The translations under genes and the position numbers were made by a program. 64,000 bases of DNA from Callorhinchus milii (taxonomy: Eukaryota): NCBI RefSeq assembly GCF_018977255.1, contig NW_024704743.1:51586001-51650000 (forward strand), in the 5' to 3' direction. Position 1 is the first letter of the stretch, and each line of letters opens with the position of its first letter. Shown in pieces: positions 13,395 through 25,945 of this stretch. A model generated the notes under the pieces. It was not told the DNA's origin and searched no databases. It was given only the letters and a program-made list of their open reading frames with translations.

Positions 13395-13745
13395 TAACCT
13401 AGTGGATAAAGACATTGCTCGGTGCACTAACAATCCATACTGAGCAGAAGATCACAGATCAGATTGCTGATCTGGGGTGAATGAACTGAGCTCAGTTGCG
13501 GCAGTAGTTGGGCCACTACAATTGGCTTTAGCAAACGCCTCTGGGCAGGGATGAGTACAAAATCAGTCACTGATCCCACTGCTGATCATCACTGGTGTCT
13601 GGTGACGCCTTGTTGAAAAGTGTTAATATCGGGTGAGGACAGAATAAGGCACGACTGTGATGGCCTCCATAAACAAACAGTATGTTAGGCCTCAGTGTCA
13701 AGTGTTGTACACAAAGAATCACTACTTGGGTCAGAATAGTAAACT
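13395..13745 (+). mobile_element. Old SINE-like family B
   Basis: cagaag.tcacag, ctacaattgg, gaaaagtg, gggtgaggacag motifs shared with 29995-30370 and 38655-38765. Confidence 0.7.
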
Positions 13746-13761
13746 GCAGCCTTAGCACAAT

Positions 13762-13975
13762 ATAATAATCATTGTATTTGATATTGTGCCTTTTCATGTC
13801 GTTCAGACATCTCAAAGTGCTTCACAGAATATACTGTGAAGTGAATTGACTGTATATTTTGTGGTCAAAATGTGCAGGCAATTGCACAAAGCAGTGTCCC
13901 ACAAACAGTCGTGAATTGAGTGGACAGATTATTATTTTATTTGAAGGGATTATTACCCCCAGAAAGCGATTTGTC
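13762..13975 (-). mobile_element. SINE family A 3' half
   Basis: Reverse complement actgtttgtgggacactgct...cagtcaattcact...tail. Confidence 0.88.
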
Positions 13976-14779
13976 AATGTGTTTTCAGTGCCTACATCAG
14001 GAAACTATATAAAGTTGGCTTCCTATATTCTGAGATGCTACCTGTGTGGAGGGCACTATAAAGTGCAAGTTTTGTTGTTGTATATGTATTTTTTAAACCA
14101 GGATGCAGGTATATGATCATCAGAAGACGATGTGGAAGCAGTGTGCCAATTCCAGAGGGCGGAGAATCTTTAAGTCAGTATTAGTTAAGGAACAAATCTA
14201 ATGCTAATTAACAAAAGGAATAGGTTAAGGAACACCGTAAATGTTACCCCAATATACTACTTCTAAACAAGAGAGAACATTTTGTTGTATTGTGTCTGTG
14301 CATCAATAGCCTACAATTACTCATTAGTTTCAGTCTATGTTGTCTTAAATTTAAAGTTCTAAAGAATTTTAGAAAAAATATTAAATTCCTTCTTAAATTA
14401 AAATCATCTTTAACCTGAAGACAATTTCAAGAATTTTCCAAAATTCAGTACAATCTTAAATGTTAAAGACAACCGTCTTAAGGGTAAGGCTTTGAGATAT
14501 TCCGGGACTCCGGTGTGGTCAACTGAAATGATAAGCAAGCAGCCTAACCAACTACTGTCCCTGTGCAAAGTTCATTTAACACCGCGCCATCTGCACTGCC
14601 ATCCTGTGGATTTTCTCTTAACCTATGTGCCACAAAAAGGTACATATCACACCTTGAAGTGTGGTTTTGCTGTTCTGCTTGATACCCAAATACTAAATAT
14701 GCAATTATAGGACGATGAAGTATTGAAAATAAGCAGAGGCATGTTAAATTCATATTATTGTTTATGTTAAATATTCCTC

Positions 14780-15290
14780 TCGTTTCATTTTGCTAGCCTC
14801 ATCTGATCACTGATTTAGTGGTCATTTATAAAGGGTTAATGTCGAATTACAAATAGGTTGCTCGAAAGATCAACAGCGAGTGCAATTTATACCTTCACTA
14901 CATTTAAATTTCATTTTTTTTTCCTGATTCAGGTGAGGCGTGCATTGCTTCAAAGAGAGTTCCTTTATCCTTTTTTAAAAATGTAATCCTTCAGAGAGGC
15001 ACATTAAGTGATAATAATCAATGCCTTGAATAGAAAATTGCCTGGGAGGGTTCAAAACAGTTTCGAGATAAGGGGGGAGGGAGATTAAGGCATGGGTGCT
15101 TCAAACAATCTTGCCAAACACTTCACACTCACCTTATTTGCTGGTGATCTAATAGGTGGCCATTCATTTTCTGAGCCAAGTGCCCATCTGTTGTCACCTC
15201 TGCTGTCCCATATCAAACTTTCAGGAAACAAAAAGCACTGAGCTTGTCCAATCAATAATGAGATCAGAAGATCTTATCATTGGAGAAACA
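14780..15290. promoter_or_regulatory. Repeat-free, CNE-like segment (putative enhancer or splicing control)
   Basis: No repeat similarity; AT-rich TF-like motifs; splice-site-like motifs on both strands; conservation not verifiable here. Confidence 0.3.
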
Positions 15291-16729
15291 AGACTTGGGG
15301 GCTTTGTTTAGAAAAGACCATCTCAGGGAATGCCTGGTCCAGGTCATCTTGTCAGCATCCATAATGTGCACAGCATGATTGAATGAAGGGAGATAAAGTC
15401 GTGAGGAAAAATAGCAGATAAAAAGGTAGTGAGGGTGGGGGTGAGGGTTTGGTGTGGGGAGGGTGTGGGTAGTGGTAGGAAGCATTGAAGTGTTTGGGTA
15501 AAATCAGAAATGTTTATTGACAAGTCAACCATATTAATCCAGCATCTGTTAATGAGTCCAGTTTAAAAAACTAACCGAAAATTCTCCATTAAAGTATATC
15601 TATATTGTTGTAACATTCAAAATTTAGATTTAGACATTGGGATAATTATCAATCCAAAACATTGTATTCAATTCTAATGGAGTAAAATGATAGGATATTG
15701 CTAAAGTCACCATTTTTGATTTAATAGCAGATTTTAATAATTGATAACATTCAGTAATTAGGATGACATTGTAAGAAATATGATTTTTTTTGGCCAAATA
15801 CAATATCCGAGGTCAGAACTTCACGTTGTCATTAGCTGGGAAAAAAATATCAGCAGTTCAGGTCAATCCCATAGGCAATGTTTTGGTATTTTGCAATAAT
15901 ATGTTGGCATTCACAAACACAATTTCCTTTTGATTAATTTTCTCCATAAAGCTTCTTACTACTTCATTTTAATAATTGAAATCCCTGTGTTTTTTTTTAG
16001 TAAATAGTTATTTTTCATTTGGTTTTAAATTCCTATAGCTGCATTATTACATAGACAGCTTGCATGGAATGATATGCCACGGTAATAGGCATTCAGGCCA
16101 ACTAGGATGTACCAGTATTTATCCTCCACATGGCCCTCAACCCCTGCTATTCTCTTCTCCAACACCCCTCTATTCTCTTGACTGGCTTGACCAGAAAATA
16201 TGTGATGGTGGTGACCCTGCTGTTCAGAGCAACTTGTCTGAGTGGATAACACAACACACAACTTATAGCTAACTGTGCTAGCAAGTGCCGTGGTGGAGAA
16301 AGCACTGCAAGGGTGTTCTAGTCAATGCTGATATTTTTGTAAAGATCTCAGGAGACAAATTTGAAGAAGTGGCAACAGATCTTCCTGGACAGCAGTGTAG
16401 CATCAGACCCGGCACTGGCAACTTTGAGACTAATATTAATTTAATGCTGTGTAACATAGAACACAAATGCTGATAGTAGAACCTGGCTCAATCCATCAGT
16501 GCTCTTGCCGCTCATGTAATGAAAATGTCATTCACAAATTGGCCCCAATACTCGTACCTGGAGGCACTTAACAAATGGTCCAAACAGAATACATGATACA
16601 CATGATTTAATTACAGTAGTAAACATGTTGGGCTCTTGTCAGATATGAATCATATTCAATGGCCCTTTATCTTATAATCTAACCATTCAATAAACAGTTA
16701 CTTTACAGAGCTGCCTTGTGAAAAAAATG

Positions 16730-16885
16730 TAAAAATAATGCTGAAGGAAGCTAGACTTTCACATGAGGGAGAGGGGAATAGAAGGGTATGGAAGGGAATA
16801 AGGAATGGATGAAGACTCATGTAGAGCATGGCCTGGTTGGACAGAGTGGCCTGTTTCACATGATGTACATTCTTTGTAAATGTAT
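16730..16885 (+). mobile_element. CR1 3' tail
   Basis: ggttggacagagtggcctgtttc..tgatgtacattct, the CR1 3' UTR hairpin motif. Confidence 0.7.
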
Positions 16886-18002
16886 TGACAAATACATTAA
16901 CAAATATTGCTTTTGTAAAAGAATCAGTCAGATTCAGGTTAACTCACAATCTGAAGGAATACTTTCTTCATGTTAATGAGAGTTTTGGAATTGTTCTTTG
17001 AACCACTGAAGAGAAGCAGCAATTTCAAGCTGGGTAGACTGTTTACTATAACCTGCCAGGATCTGACTGCTTCATGAGAGCTGCACATGTGCAGGATTCA
17101 GTCAGCCAAGGTTCAATACAGTGAAACTGCTCACACGGTTTAAATGTTATGGCAATCAAGATTTCACTAAAAGGGATCTGGTGTACTGGCTTCATTAAAT
17201 GGACTTGTATCACTGATGCTGACAGTTTGAAATCAAGACATGTTTTGTAAAGCACTTGCTGTAGACTGACATTTTTCATGTGAGTTACAATATATCCATA
17301 GACAGGTCGTGTTATCAGAACATTATATATTAAGAAATGGATGGAATTTTGCAAAAAAACTAATTTATAATCAGGATATATAGTAATGGGATATTTAGAA
17401 GTCTAAAACCTCAAAATGTAAGCATTTACTTCCTTTCATTTAAAACATATATTTATTTTCTTCCGAAGTTCATGGAAATTCTACACATAGTGTGTTATAG
17501 GGTGTGTATATCCCTCATCACTGGGGCTGTTAAAGTTTGGTCTAGTTCTTTTATCAATTCTAATAGGCTTCCCTTAGCTTGATTCATTCTGCTGGTGAAG
17601 ACGGAACACACCCTCGGTTATTTTAGGTTCCACAGAGGGCTTATCCTTTTTGCCCCAGTGCAATAAGCAAGCTGATCCTTTCAGATAACACAACAAACAC
17701 CCCAACAAAAAATGTAGCCTTCCTGCAAATTACAAGAAACATTAACTTGGGGTGAAACATTTTGAGATGTCCTCCCAATGTGAAAGGCGTAGATATAAAT
17801 TGTATTATATAACTTGAAAAAAAGACTGATAACTTACATAGTAAAGACACCGGCCAGTGTAAACCTGAGTTACAGAGATGAGAAAGGCGCCAATTGCAAT
17901 TCAAGGTATTATCTTATTCAACCAGCCAGCAGTAGGGGCACTCAATTGGCCCCAGTTCCCTGAATGAAAAAGGGAAAATCAGACTGATACTTCTGATCAC
18001 TA

Positions 18003-18616
18003 TTGCCACTACCTCTCCCCAAAAGCCGCTGAAACTCTGGTCCATGCCTTTGTCTCCTCTCGGCTGGACTACTCCAACGCCCTCCTCACCGGTCTCCCAT
18101 CCACTACCATCCATAAAAATCCAATCATTCAAAACTCTGTCGGCCGCATTCTCACCCACACCAAACCCACACCCCGATCACCCCAGTCCTTGCCAGACTG
18201 CACTGGCTGCCTATCCCAGAGAGGATCGATTTCAAGATTCTCGCCCTTGTATTCAAGTCCCTGCATTCCTCTGCACCCCCTACCTCTCTGACCTTCTCTC
18301 TCCTCAAAACAGTACCCGTTGCCTTCGTTCCTCCGGGTCTGGCCTCCTCCTCGTCCCCGAGTCCTCCACTCCACCCTCGGCAGCAGTGCCTTCAGCCACT
18401 ATGCCGTGAGGCTCTGAAACTGCCTTCCTCACTCCCTTCGTCTCGTTCCCTCTCTTCCTATTTTCAGGTCTCTGCTGAAGACCTTCCTTTTCATCCGCGC
18501 CTTTGGCCACCTTCCCCCCCCTCCCCCTGGATCCGTTACTGTAAAGCGCTCTGAGAAGCCAACCAGCGTGGGGGGCACTATATAAATCCAAGTTGTTATT
18601 GTTGCTGTTGTTGTTA
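18003..18616 (+). mobile_element. L2 LINE 3' part (second tail type)
   Basis: Encodes ETLVHAFVSSRLDYSNALLTGLP and LHWLP; tail agcgctctgagaagccaaccagcgtgggggcact plus (ttg)n. Confidence 0.92.
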
Positions 18617-19581
18617 TCAGATATCCCCACCCCATGCAAGAAAGAATGCACCAACAGACATGGAGAGAATGGAACGTGTAATACTCCTCTCCTTTTCTTC
18701 CATTCCCTACCCAGTCACATACCTTTCCAGCCATTCACTATCCAGGCTCACATATGAAAAAGAATCACATGGGAGAGATACAAGAGAGATGTGTATTCTG
18801 GAAAACCATGACTCCTCATAACTTAACACTTTTAGGAGAGCAGAATTAAAAATTGGACATGGGGAGGGGGTTGAAAGCTGATTATGATATCTTATTGTTC
18901 AATCTGAAAGTGTGTAAGATGTATTTCTGAAGAGCCATCAAGACCATTAGAAGCTGCCTTTAATCAGCTTTCAGCCCATATCACAATACATTTTTGAAAC
19001 AAATGCATGCAGTCAGTCAGCAGGAGAGGCATCATGCCAAAATTGGCCAGTTCATTTCAACTTTATTTTTTAAATAAGTTACTTCGTACTTATCACAATT
19101 ATCAACCCAAATGAAACATCAGTTTAAAAGAAAGAGATGACCTACTCTGAGGATGTACATGAGTAAATGTGTAGTGATACACCATTTATTACAGTTTCCC
19201 CTCAGGCAAATACCCTTCCCTTAAGCCTATGTATCGAGGGCATTTTGTTTTATTACTTCATGAGAAGAGTGAGGGGAAAAAAAAGCTTTCGGTTATCTCG
19301 GGAATTGAAATATTCAGTTCTGCCATATCAACGTCTCTTCTCAATTTCATGCAGGCTGCATAATTATAACACTGTTCAAATTGAGCCCAGAAGAAAGACA
19401 GGTTCAAGTGCAAATTAATTTCAGATTATCACAACAAAGGCAATCAAATCTCAACAAGCTTGCCAGCAAAATGCCTTCTTTGGGTCCCCAAGTCCCTTCC
19501 TACCCTCAACTCACAACAAAGACCTTTCAGCTCAAATTAGGCTAATGATCTAATGGAGCACTTCTGTCTACCTGGTCTATT

Positions 19582-19607
19582 TCTCTCTCTCTCTCTCTCT
19601 CTCTCTC
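19582..19607. repeat. (TC)n microsatellite
   Basis: About 13 perfect TC units. Confidence 0.95.
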
Positions 19608-20351
19608 AATCTGCAGTCAGAACATGTCACCCTCAGGTAAAACCGAGAAAGAAAAGGTGGCATGGGAAGGTCAACGTTTAGTATCTGTAAAGTGACAAAA
19701 TAAACAGACAGCACGCCTAACCAGAGGTCTGCACATCATCAAATGGTCTTATTCTTGTGGAAACAATCAGGAAAATTGAGTGTTGAAAGAGCCTGGAATT
19801 TATCCAAGAGCTCTCTAAGAAGAGGAGACTCTAAAATCAAACTGCATGGGTCACCTCCTCCTACTGTCTATCAGCACAGCTTTTATATGATCCAACAGCT
19901 TACCTTATCCTATGGGAACCTGTTTCGGATAAGATGACTAAAGTGTTGAAAAAAATCAAGTCAAGCCTCATTACCTCCTCATTACCTTTGCAAAAACAGG
20001 GAGAGAGAAAGAGAGCCAGAGAAAGAGAAAGAGATTGCAATCTCCGGCAGAGAAATATTCAGTCCTGCAAGGGATCTGTTTATAGGTTCTTTACCTAACT
20101 GTATACACAAGTATCTGCCTCCTTGGGACTGAAGGTTTTTTAATGCTGCCATTCTTATAGTCGGCTCATTAAAATGTTTAGAAAATTACTGTCTGTTTTC
20201 TTTGTGAGAACATGTCAATTGGCCAACTTTCAAAATAAACAGCTTTTATGTGATAATAAGTTTGCAAAACAAAAATACATATTATTTGTTAAAAATTTTT
20301 TAAAAAAAAGCCTCTGCAGAATCAATGAGTAAAGCAGATCAATGATAAAAG

Positions 20352-20480
20352 CAACAACAATTTATATTTATATAGCTCCTTTCACGTCAGGAGGAAGTCT
20401 CAAAGTGCTTTATGCTGCTAGCTGGGCACCCAAACTTGGATGGGTGGCTGAGAAAGGGAGGGAAAAGGTGTCCAGAAACA
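20352..20480 (-). mobile_element. L2 3' tail
   Basis: Reverse complement aagcactttgagacttcctcctgacgtgaaagg..ctatataaat. Confidence 0.8.
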
Positions 20481-20554
20481 CAGTCAAAGATAATGATCCA
20501 GCTACTTATTATTATTTGTTACGTAACAATATCATCTTTCAAATATACAAATAC

Positions 20555-20792
20555 CTTTCGAACAAGAGAACATAAGTTTAGAGTTGAAAAGGGCAATTCC
20601 AGGATGGATACTAGGATANTTTTTTTATCCCCAGTAAGTAATCAACTGGAACAGGTTGATGCCAGGATGTTGGAGGACATTTACCAAACAGTTCATTACA
20701 GTGATGAGAGGATGCTTTGTGGGGTTCTGAAGGTACGAGCTTAGATGGGGCCAAAGGTCCTTCTTCAAACCAATCTTGTGATCCTGTGATCA
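20555..20792 (+). mobile_element. CR1 3' end
   Basis: RTREHKFRVEKG-like C-terminus and gatggggccaaaggtcctt..cttgtgatcctgtgat terminal repeat; contains one N at 20619. Confidence 0.75.
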
Positions 20793-22414
20793 TAATAACA
20801 AACAACAGTGAGAGAAGGGGCTCTACTGGACAAAATATTTTTTTTGTTGCCAAAAGCTAATGTTGAACAATAGAAATAAGATGTGGTGCAATAAATTGGA
20901 ACATTTCTAAACTAACCAAATTTCCAAATAAATAGTTTTACAATTTTTTTTAAAAAATGTTGGGATTGGGATTTAAGAAGTTGACAGACATTTGCAGAAG
21001 CTTAAAGGTTCCATTTAAAAAGGAAAAAGTAGAAATGTATTCAAGAGAAAACTTTCTGCATAAATGAGGGTACAGTTCAGGGGGTGGGGTGAAGTGATAG
21101 GGGAACACATGTGGAGTATAAACACCGGTACAGACTAGTTGGGCCGAATGGTCTGTTTTTATGGCATTACACTCAAGGTTTCTCTATGTAACTTACATTT
21201 ATATTGTACCTTTCACTTTGAGAGGTTATCCCAAGGCACTGGATAGTATAGGGTTTGCACCCAATCTGGAGGTGGGGGCAGATGGGGCATGTAGGACAAG
21301 CCAGGTATGGCTGTGTTTCTCAATATATAGACAATATCATGGATAATAAACATTATGTATAAATTGTTAATAATACACTAATTATAATTTAGTATAAATT
21401 GTGAATTATGGTACCAGCTGTTGGATATTCCAGTGTTTTAAAGCATCTGCTGCAATAAGTCAAGTGGTGAAGAGCCAAGTTGACCTGACGTACTATCACA
21501 ACAACAGTTTTGTCAGTTTATCATGATTTCACAAATCATTCATATCTGACGTTTCCTGGACAGCTGGAGCATCCGTCCACAAAATTCTAGTAAAAATGTT
21601 GATTCACCTTAGGACTATTAAGTCCTACAAAGTGGCTTCGAAAAAAACACTGTCAGCATTAGCATGTCCTGTGTAATAATTTTATATCAGAGCACTCTAA
21701 GATTACAGTTTTTCACTTTCAACTAGCATTGGCTTTCTTTGTTCCTTCCCAGGCTTGATTAGTTAACAAGCAAAATGACACAAACTAATTAATTTAACAA
21801 GGCAATTGTTTTCTTATTAGGAGACAGTAGATAGTTTTGGCAAAATTTCAGAAGCACTGTTGTCAGTCTTACAGCCATTCTTTCCCATGTGGCTCTGATC
21901 AAAATATTTTACACAATACATCTGGTAAAATTACTGCAATTTAACTATGTGTAAACCTTGGGATCATGCACAATCCAACAAGAAAGCATAGTTTTAGCAA
22001 GGTATTCTATTTGATAGCTTTGTTGCATGAAACATATTGTATGTTTATCAGAACAACAAATACTATGTTTTATACCCTGGAAGAATGTATTTACTGGAAT
22101 ATACTGACCAGATAAACTGCAATATTCCTCTACATTTCTAAGCAGCAATGTCTTGTATTGTGTAATACTTTTCATAACTTATGTGTGTTATGTGCTAACT
22201 CCTTCTGAAGCACTTCAGTGATATCAATGACATATTAGGGAACACTTGAATAAAAGTTCTTCTTAACGTATGAAAAGCAATATTGACTGTCTTCTAATAT
22301 CACATCCAAACGTGAGGCAGACAATGATACAGATTCTGCAGTGCGGAATTGTAAGGCCAGACTCGGAGCAAGGACAGCAGTTTATTATTATTTATAATAC
22401 CTCAAGATATAAAA

Positions 22415-22600
22415 CAATAATAAATTGGTCATTTCAATCCACGACTGTTTGTGGGACACTGCTATGTGCAATTGGCTGCCACATTTTCCCCACAAATATA
22501 CAGTCAATTCACTCTACATTCTATTCTGTGAAACGCTTTGAGAACGTCTAGAAAACGTGAAAAGCGCTACAACAAATGCAAGGAATATTATTAGTATTAT
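22415..22600 (+). mobile_element. SINE family A 3' half
   Basis: aataaattggtcatttcaatccacgactgtttgtgggacac...tail. Confidence 0.9.
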
Positions 22601-22781
22601 GACATTAATGCTGCCTTTACACTGCATGTTGGGTTGCGAATCGCCATGATTTTGGCACCAATTTTCTACCAACTATGCAGGATAAATTGGATTTGAACTA
22701 AAAATAAATGAGCAAGACCTCTGACCCTGAAAACATAGAGGAGATGGGTTTAGGAATTGTGTGGCATAAATCATGGTATAA

Positions 22782-22942
22782 TTATAATAATCCTTACATT
22801 TGGTATAGTGTCTTTCCCAAAAGGAGGACAATTCAAAGAACTTCACAGTAAAGAATTTACTGTAAACAAGTCCTGACGTGGGGCTTAAACCCACAACTTT
22901 ATGACTCAGAGGTGAGAGTGCTACCAACTGAGCCAGGCTGAC
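22782..22942 (-). mobile_element. DeuSINE-type head joined directly to tail (central domain absent)
   Basis: Reverse complement tgtcagcctggctcagttggtagcactctcacctctgagtca..ggtttaagcccc then tttactgtgaagttctttga..tail. Confidence 0.8.
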
Positions 22943-23311
22943 AAACAAGGGTAAATCAAACTGGACTTGTTCCCATGTTCTCTGTTGAAAGCTCTTGGGT
23001 GGTCCATTTGAACCACCAAGAGCTTTTAAGGGATCTTTTTATAAATCTATTAATTAATTCCATGGAGAGATAGTGCAAAATATTCAATTTGGCCAGTTTT
23101 TTGACAAGTGTCCTCAAAGACAAGTAAAATAGCATAATTGATGGAGTTGGGATTCATTCAACTGAGGGATATCTGCTACTATGAGACAGTACAGTTTTAA
23201 CAACAGTTTCCTCCTGCGTTACAAGACAGTACATAATTTTGTATTTTGTTTAAACTGGTATCATCAAGTAATTTGCTCCCCACTCTTCTCAAGGCTCCTC
23301 TCAATGCTACA

Positions 23312-23475
23312 ATAATAACTCCTGCATTTGATAAAATGCCTTATCACGTCTTCTAGATGTCTCAAAGCGCTTCACAGAATATACTGTAAAGCGAGTTGAC
23401 TATACATTTTGTGGGCCAAACATGGAAGCCAATTCTGCACACAGTGTCCCACAAACAGTCATGGTTTGAGTGATT
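23312..23475 (-). mobile_element. SINE family A 3' half
   Basis: Reverse complement of the shared body and tail. Confidence 0.85.
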
Positions 23476-23854
23476 GAATCCTTTTCATTTCAGGTCTGTA
23501 CCTGTTTTTAAAAGCTTTCCCAGAAGAAAACACATATTAGTGGCAGCAATATCAAGTGGATTATACAAAGAAATCTGCCAGACTCTCTGCAAATTTTTAA
23601 TTGGGTAGGTTTGTCTGCTGGTGTGCAATCCAGTCAAACACTATACTTAAAACCGTACCACCATAGTAATAGGTATCCTTCAGTTGAATGGGTCCCAGCT
23701 CCATCAATTATGCTATTTTACTTGTCTTTGAGGACACATTAAAAGAAGGATAAATTAATGTTTACTTTCTACTTTACTGAGTGTGTTGGTGGGTGAAGAA
23801 AGGAGGGATACACGGGGTTTATGTCTGGTGGGGGAAACGGGAGTCAGATCCCAA

Positions 23855-24030
23855 TCACAGTTCCAGCAGCGAGTTCCACATTTATGTCTCCCTCTGTGTA
23901 AAGAACTTCCTCCTAAAGTTTATTTTAGATCTTCTATTGGCTATCTTATATGTTTGTTCCCTCGTTTTGGATTTACCAATAAATAGAAAAACCTATCAAC
24001 GTCCACCATATTGAATACTTTCATAATCAG
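23855..24030 (-). mobile_element. CR1 fragment
   Basis: Reverse complement encodes KFFTQR..NVWN-type ORF2 end. Confidence 0.7.
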
Positions 24031-24137
24031 GCCTGGTTTTATTAATAACTCCCATGATGTGCCTTTGGGGCAGTTGAAGTTTGAATAAATGTTTCCTAAG
24101 ATAAAATGAACTGATGATTTGATTTTCACAAATTACC

Positions 24138-24375
24138 ATTATTTGGGAGAAATCACACCTGGATCTAGGTTTACTTAATCAGTGCGGCAATTTAGAGCAT
24201 CAGTTTGACTCATTGCTGAATTCATACATGGAAGGTTTTTTTTGTAATTCTTAAAAGAACTTAGGGAAAACTGGCTTCAAAATTAAGGTACATTTAACAA
24301 ATTGCCAATACTGCTCTAAAATGCAATGTAAACATAGTAAACTTAGACCCTAGTTGGAATTTCTTCCCAAATAAT
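24138..24375. mobile_element. Fold-back (MITE-like) palindromic element
   Basis: attatttgggagaaatcacacctggatctaggtttact pairs with agtaaacttagaccctagttggaatttcttcccaaataat; inner arms tttagagca / tgctctaaa. Confidence 0.7.
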
Positions 24376-25789
24376 CTTTATCCCACTTTTATAGGGAGCA
24401 GATGAGCGTGATCCCTATTATAGAATACTTGAGATCACGTTTTTAACTTACAAGCAATATTTTTTCACTTTCATCCTGAAAATTACGGTCAGTTTCATTT
24501 AATTACAAACTGAGCTGAATTAAATTAAAACTGAAGCTTACAGCCATTATTTTACAAGGCCAACAAATGAGCGACTACTTTTGTTTTCTTTTGAAACTCA
24601 ATTGAAGAAATGTTCACACACAAACAAGAAATTACACAGACTTCCATCAAATCCAAAAGATAAAGATAAAAATATGTAAGTCGCAATTTGATGATTATCA
24701 TGAAACCATTGTTGTGTAACAAAATTGTTATAATCTATTTTTGTAGAAACTCCTTTCTGTTACACAATCACTCTGAGAAGAGCAGAAAGCCAAAGGCTTT
24801 GTCAGGGTTCTCCTCTCTTGCTCTCTTTCCCTGAGAGGTCTGTTGTTGTCTGTACATGACCCATTCTATGGCTCAGTTAACATGATGAAGAAAGCTGTAG
24901 ACAAATGCTGCCAGTTTATAAAACATGTAATGTTAACTGAGAAGCTTACCAGTACAAAACAACCTGTTTGTACTTTAAGTTAAAGGGTTGAGGATATCTT
25001 CCTTTCTCAGAAAGGTTGATCAACAATTCATTGGATTACTGCTCACTTGCTCACTTCACCAGGCAAATCTTTCTTGGGTGATTCCCCAAGTAGGACATAT
25101 TTTAGACATGCCAATTTATCCACCTCAAAAGAGTGAAAAACTGTGTGGACCCACCAAGATTGTTCTAATGGTACATCAATTACCTGGATTTAGGTTGACA
25201 TCAAATAGAAAATAATAATCGATGTACTGTGTGGATAGCCAAAATAAGCAATTGCAGCAAAGATGAATAACTAAGTTACAATTCCAAAACAATTGTTGTT
25301 TAAGAGACAAAAGTGCAATCTTCCAAATTTAAGATATTCAAAGATGAAAATGAACCCTCATGTTAGAAATCTGAAATAAAATTGCACCACGAGGGTTCAA
25401 ATCAGCATATACAGAGAAACAATAAGATATTACAAATCCAAAACATCTCATGAAGTGTCACATCTGAAATAAATCTCTCTGAGGAAATAACACTTTACAA
25501 CAAAACAGGGAATTCCACTCCTCCCACGATGGCAAATTATCTCAATGGTGATTTAATAAAAATAATTCCTATGCAGAACTATCCCATTGTTTCTAATGTA
25601 AAACCCAAGCTCATTAGACTACCTTTATGGAATAAAAAGATAATAATGATAACAATCCTTACATTTCGTATGGTGCCTTCATGTTGTGAGAATGTTTCAA
25701 AATGCTTCAAAGGATATAGTGTAAAGGGGAGTGACTGTGTTTTGAGGGTTGATGTGGAGTGGAAGATAAATGGTCAATCACCTTAGTCC

Positions 25790-25945
25790 TATAAAATTGT
25801 TACAGCATAGAAGGAGGCCGTTTAGTCCATCTTGCCCGGTTCTCTAAAAGCATTATCCTTTTAGTCCTATTCAACTATCTTTTCCCCATACCCATTTATA
25901 TTTCTCCTTTTCATACTTATCTAATTCCCTCTTAAAAGCAAACCA
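25790..25945 (-). mobile_element. CR1 3' tail
   Basis: tacagcatagaaggaggccgtttagtccatc is the reverse complement of the CR1 terminal hairpin. Confidence 0.8.

Noticed and set aside
21545..21585. Minus-strand stem followed by GAAACGTC, hammerhead-like
   Set aside because: No CUGANGA box upstream of the stem.
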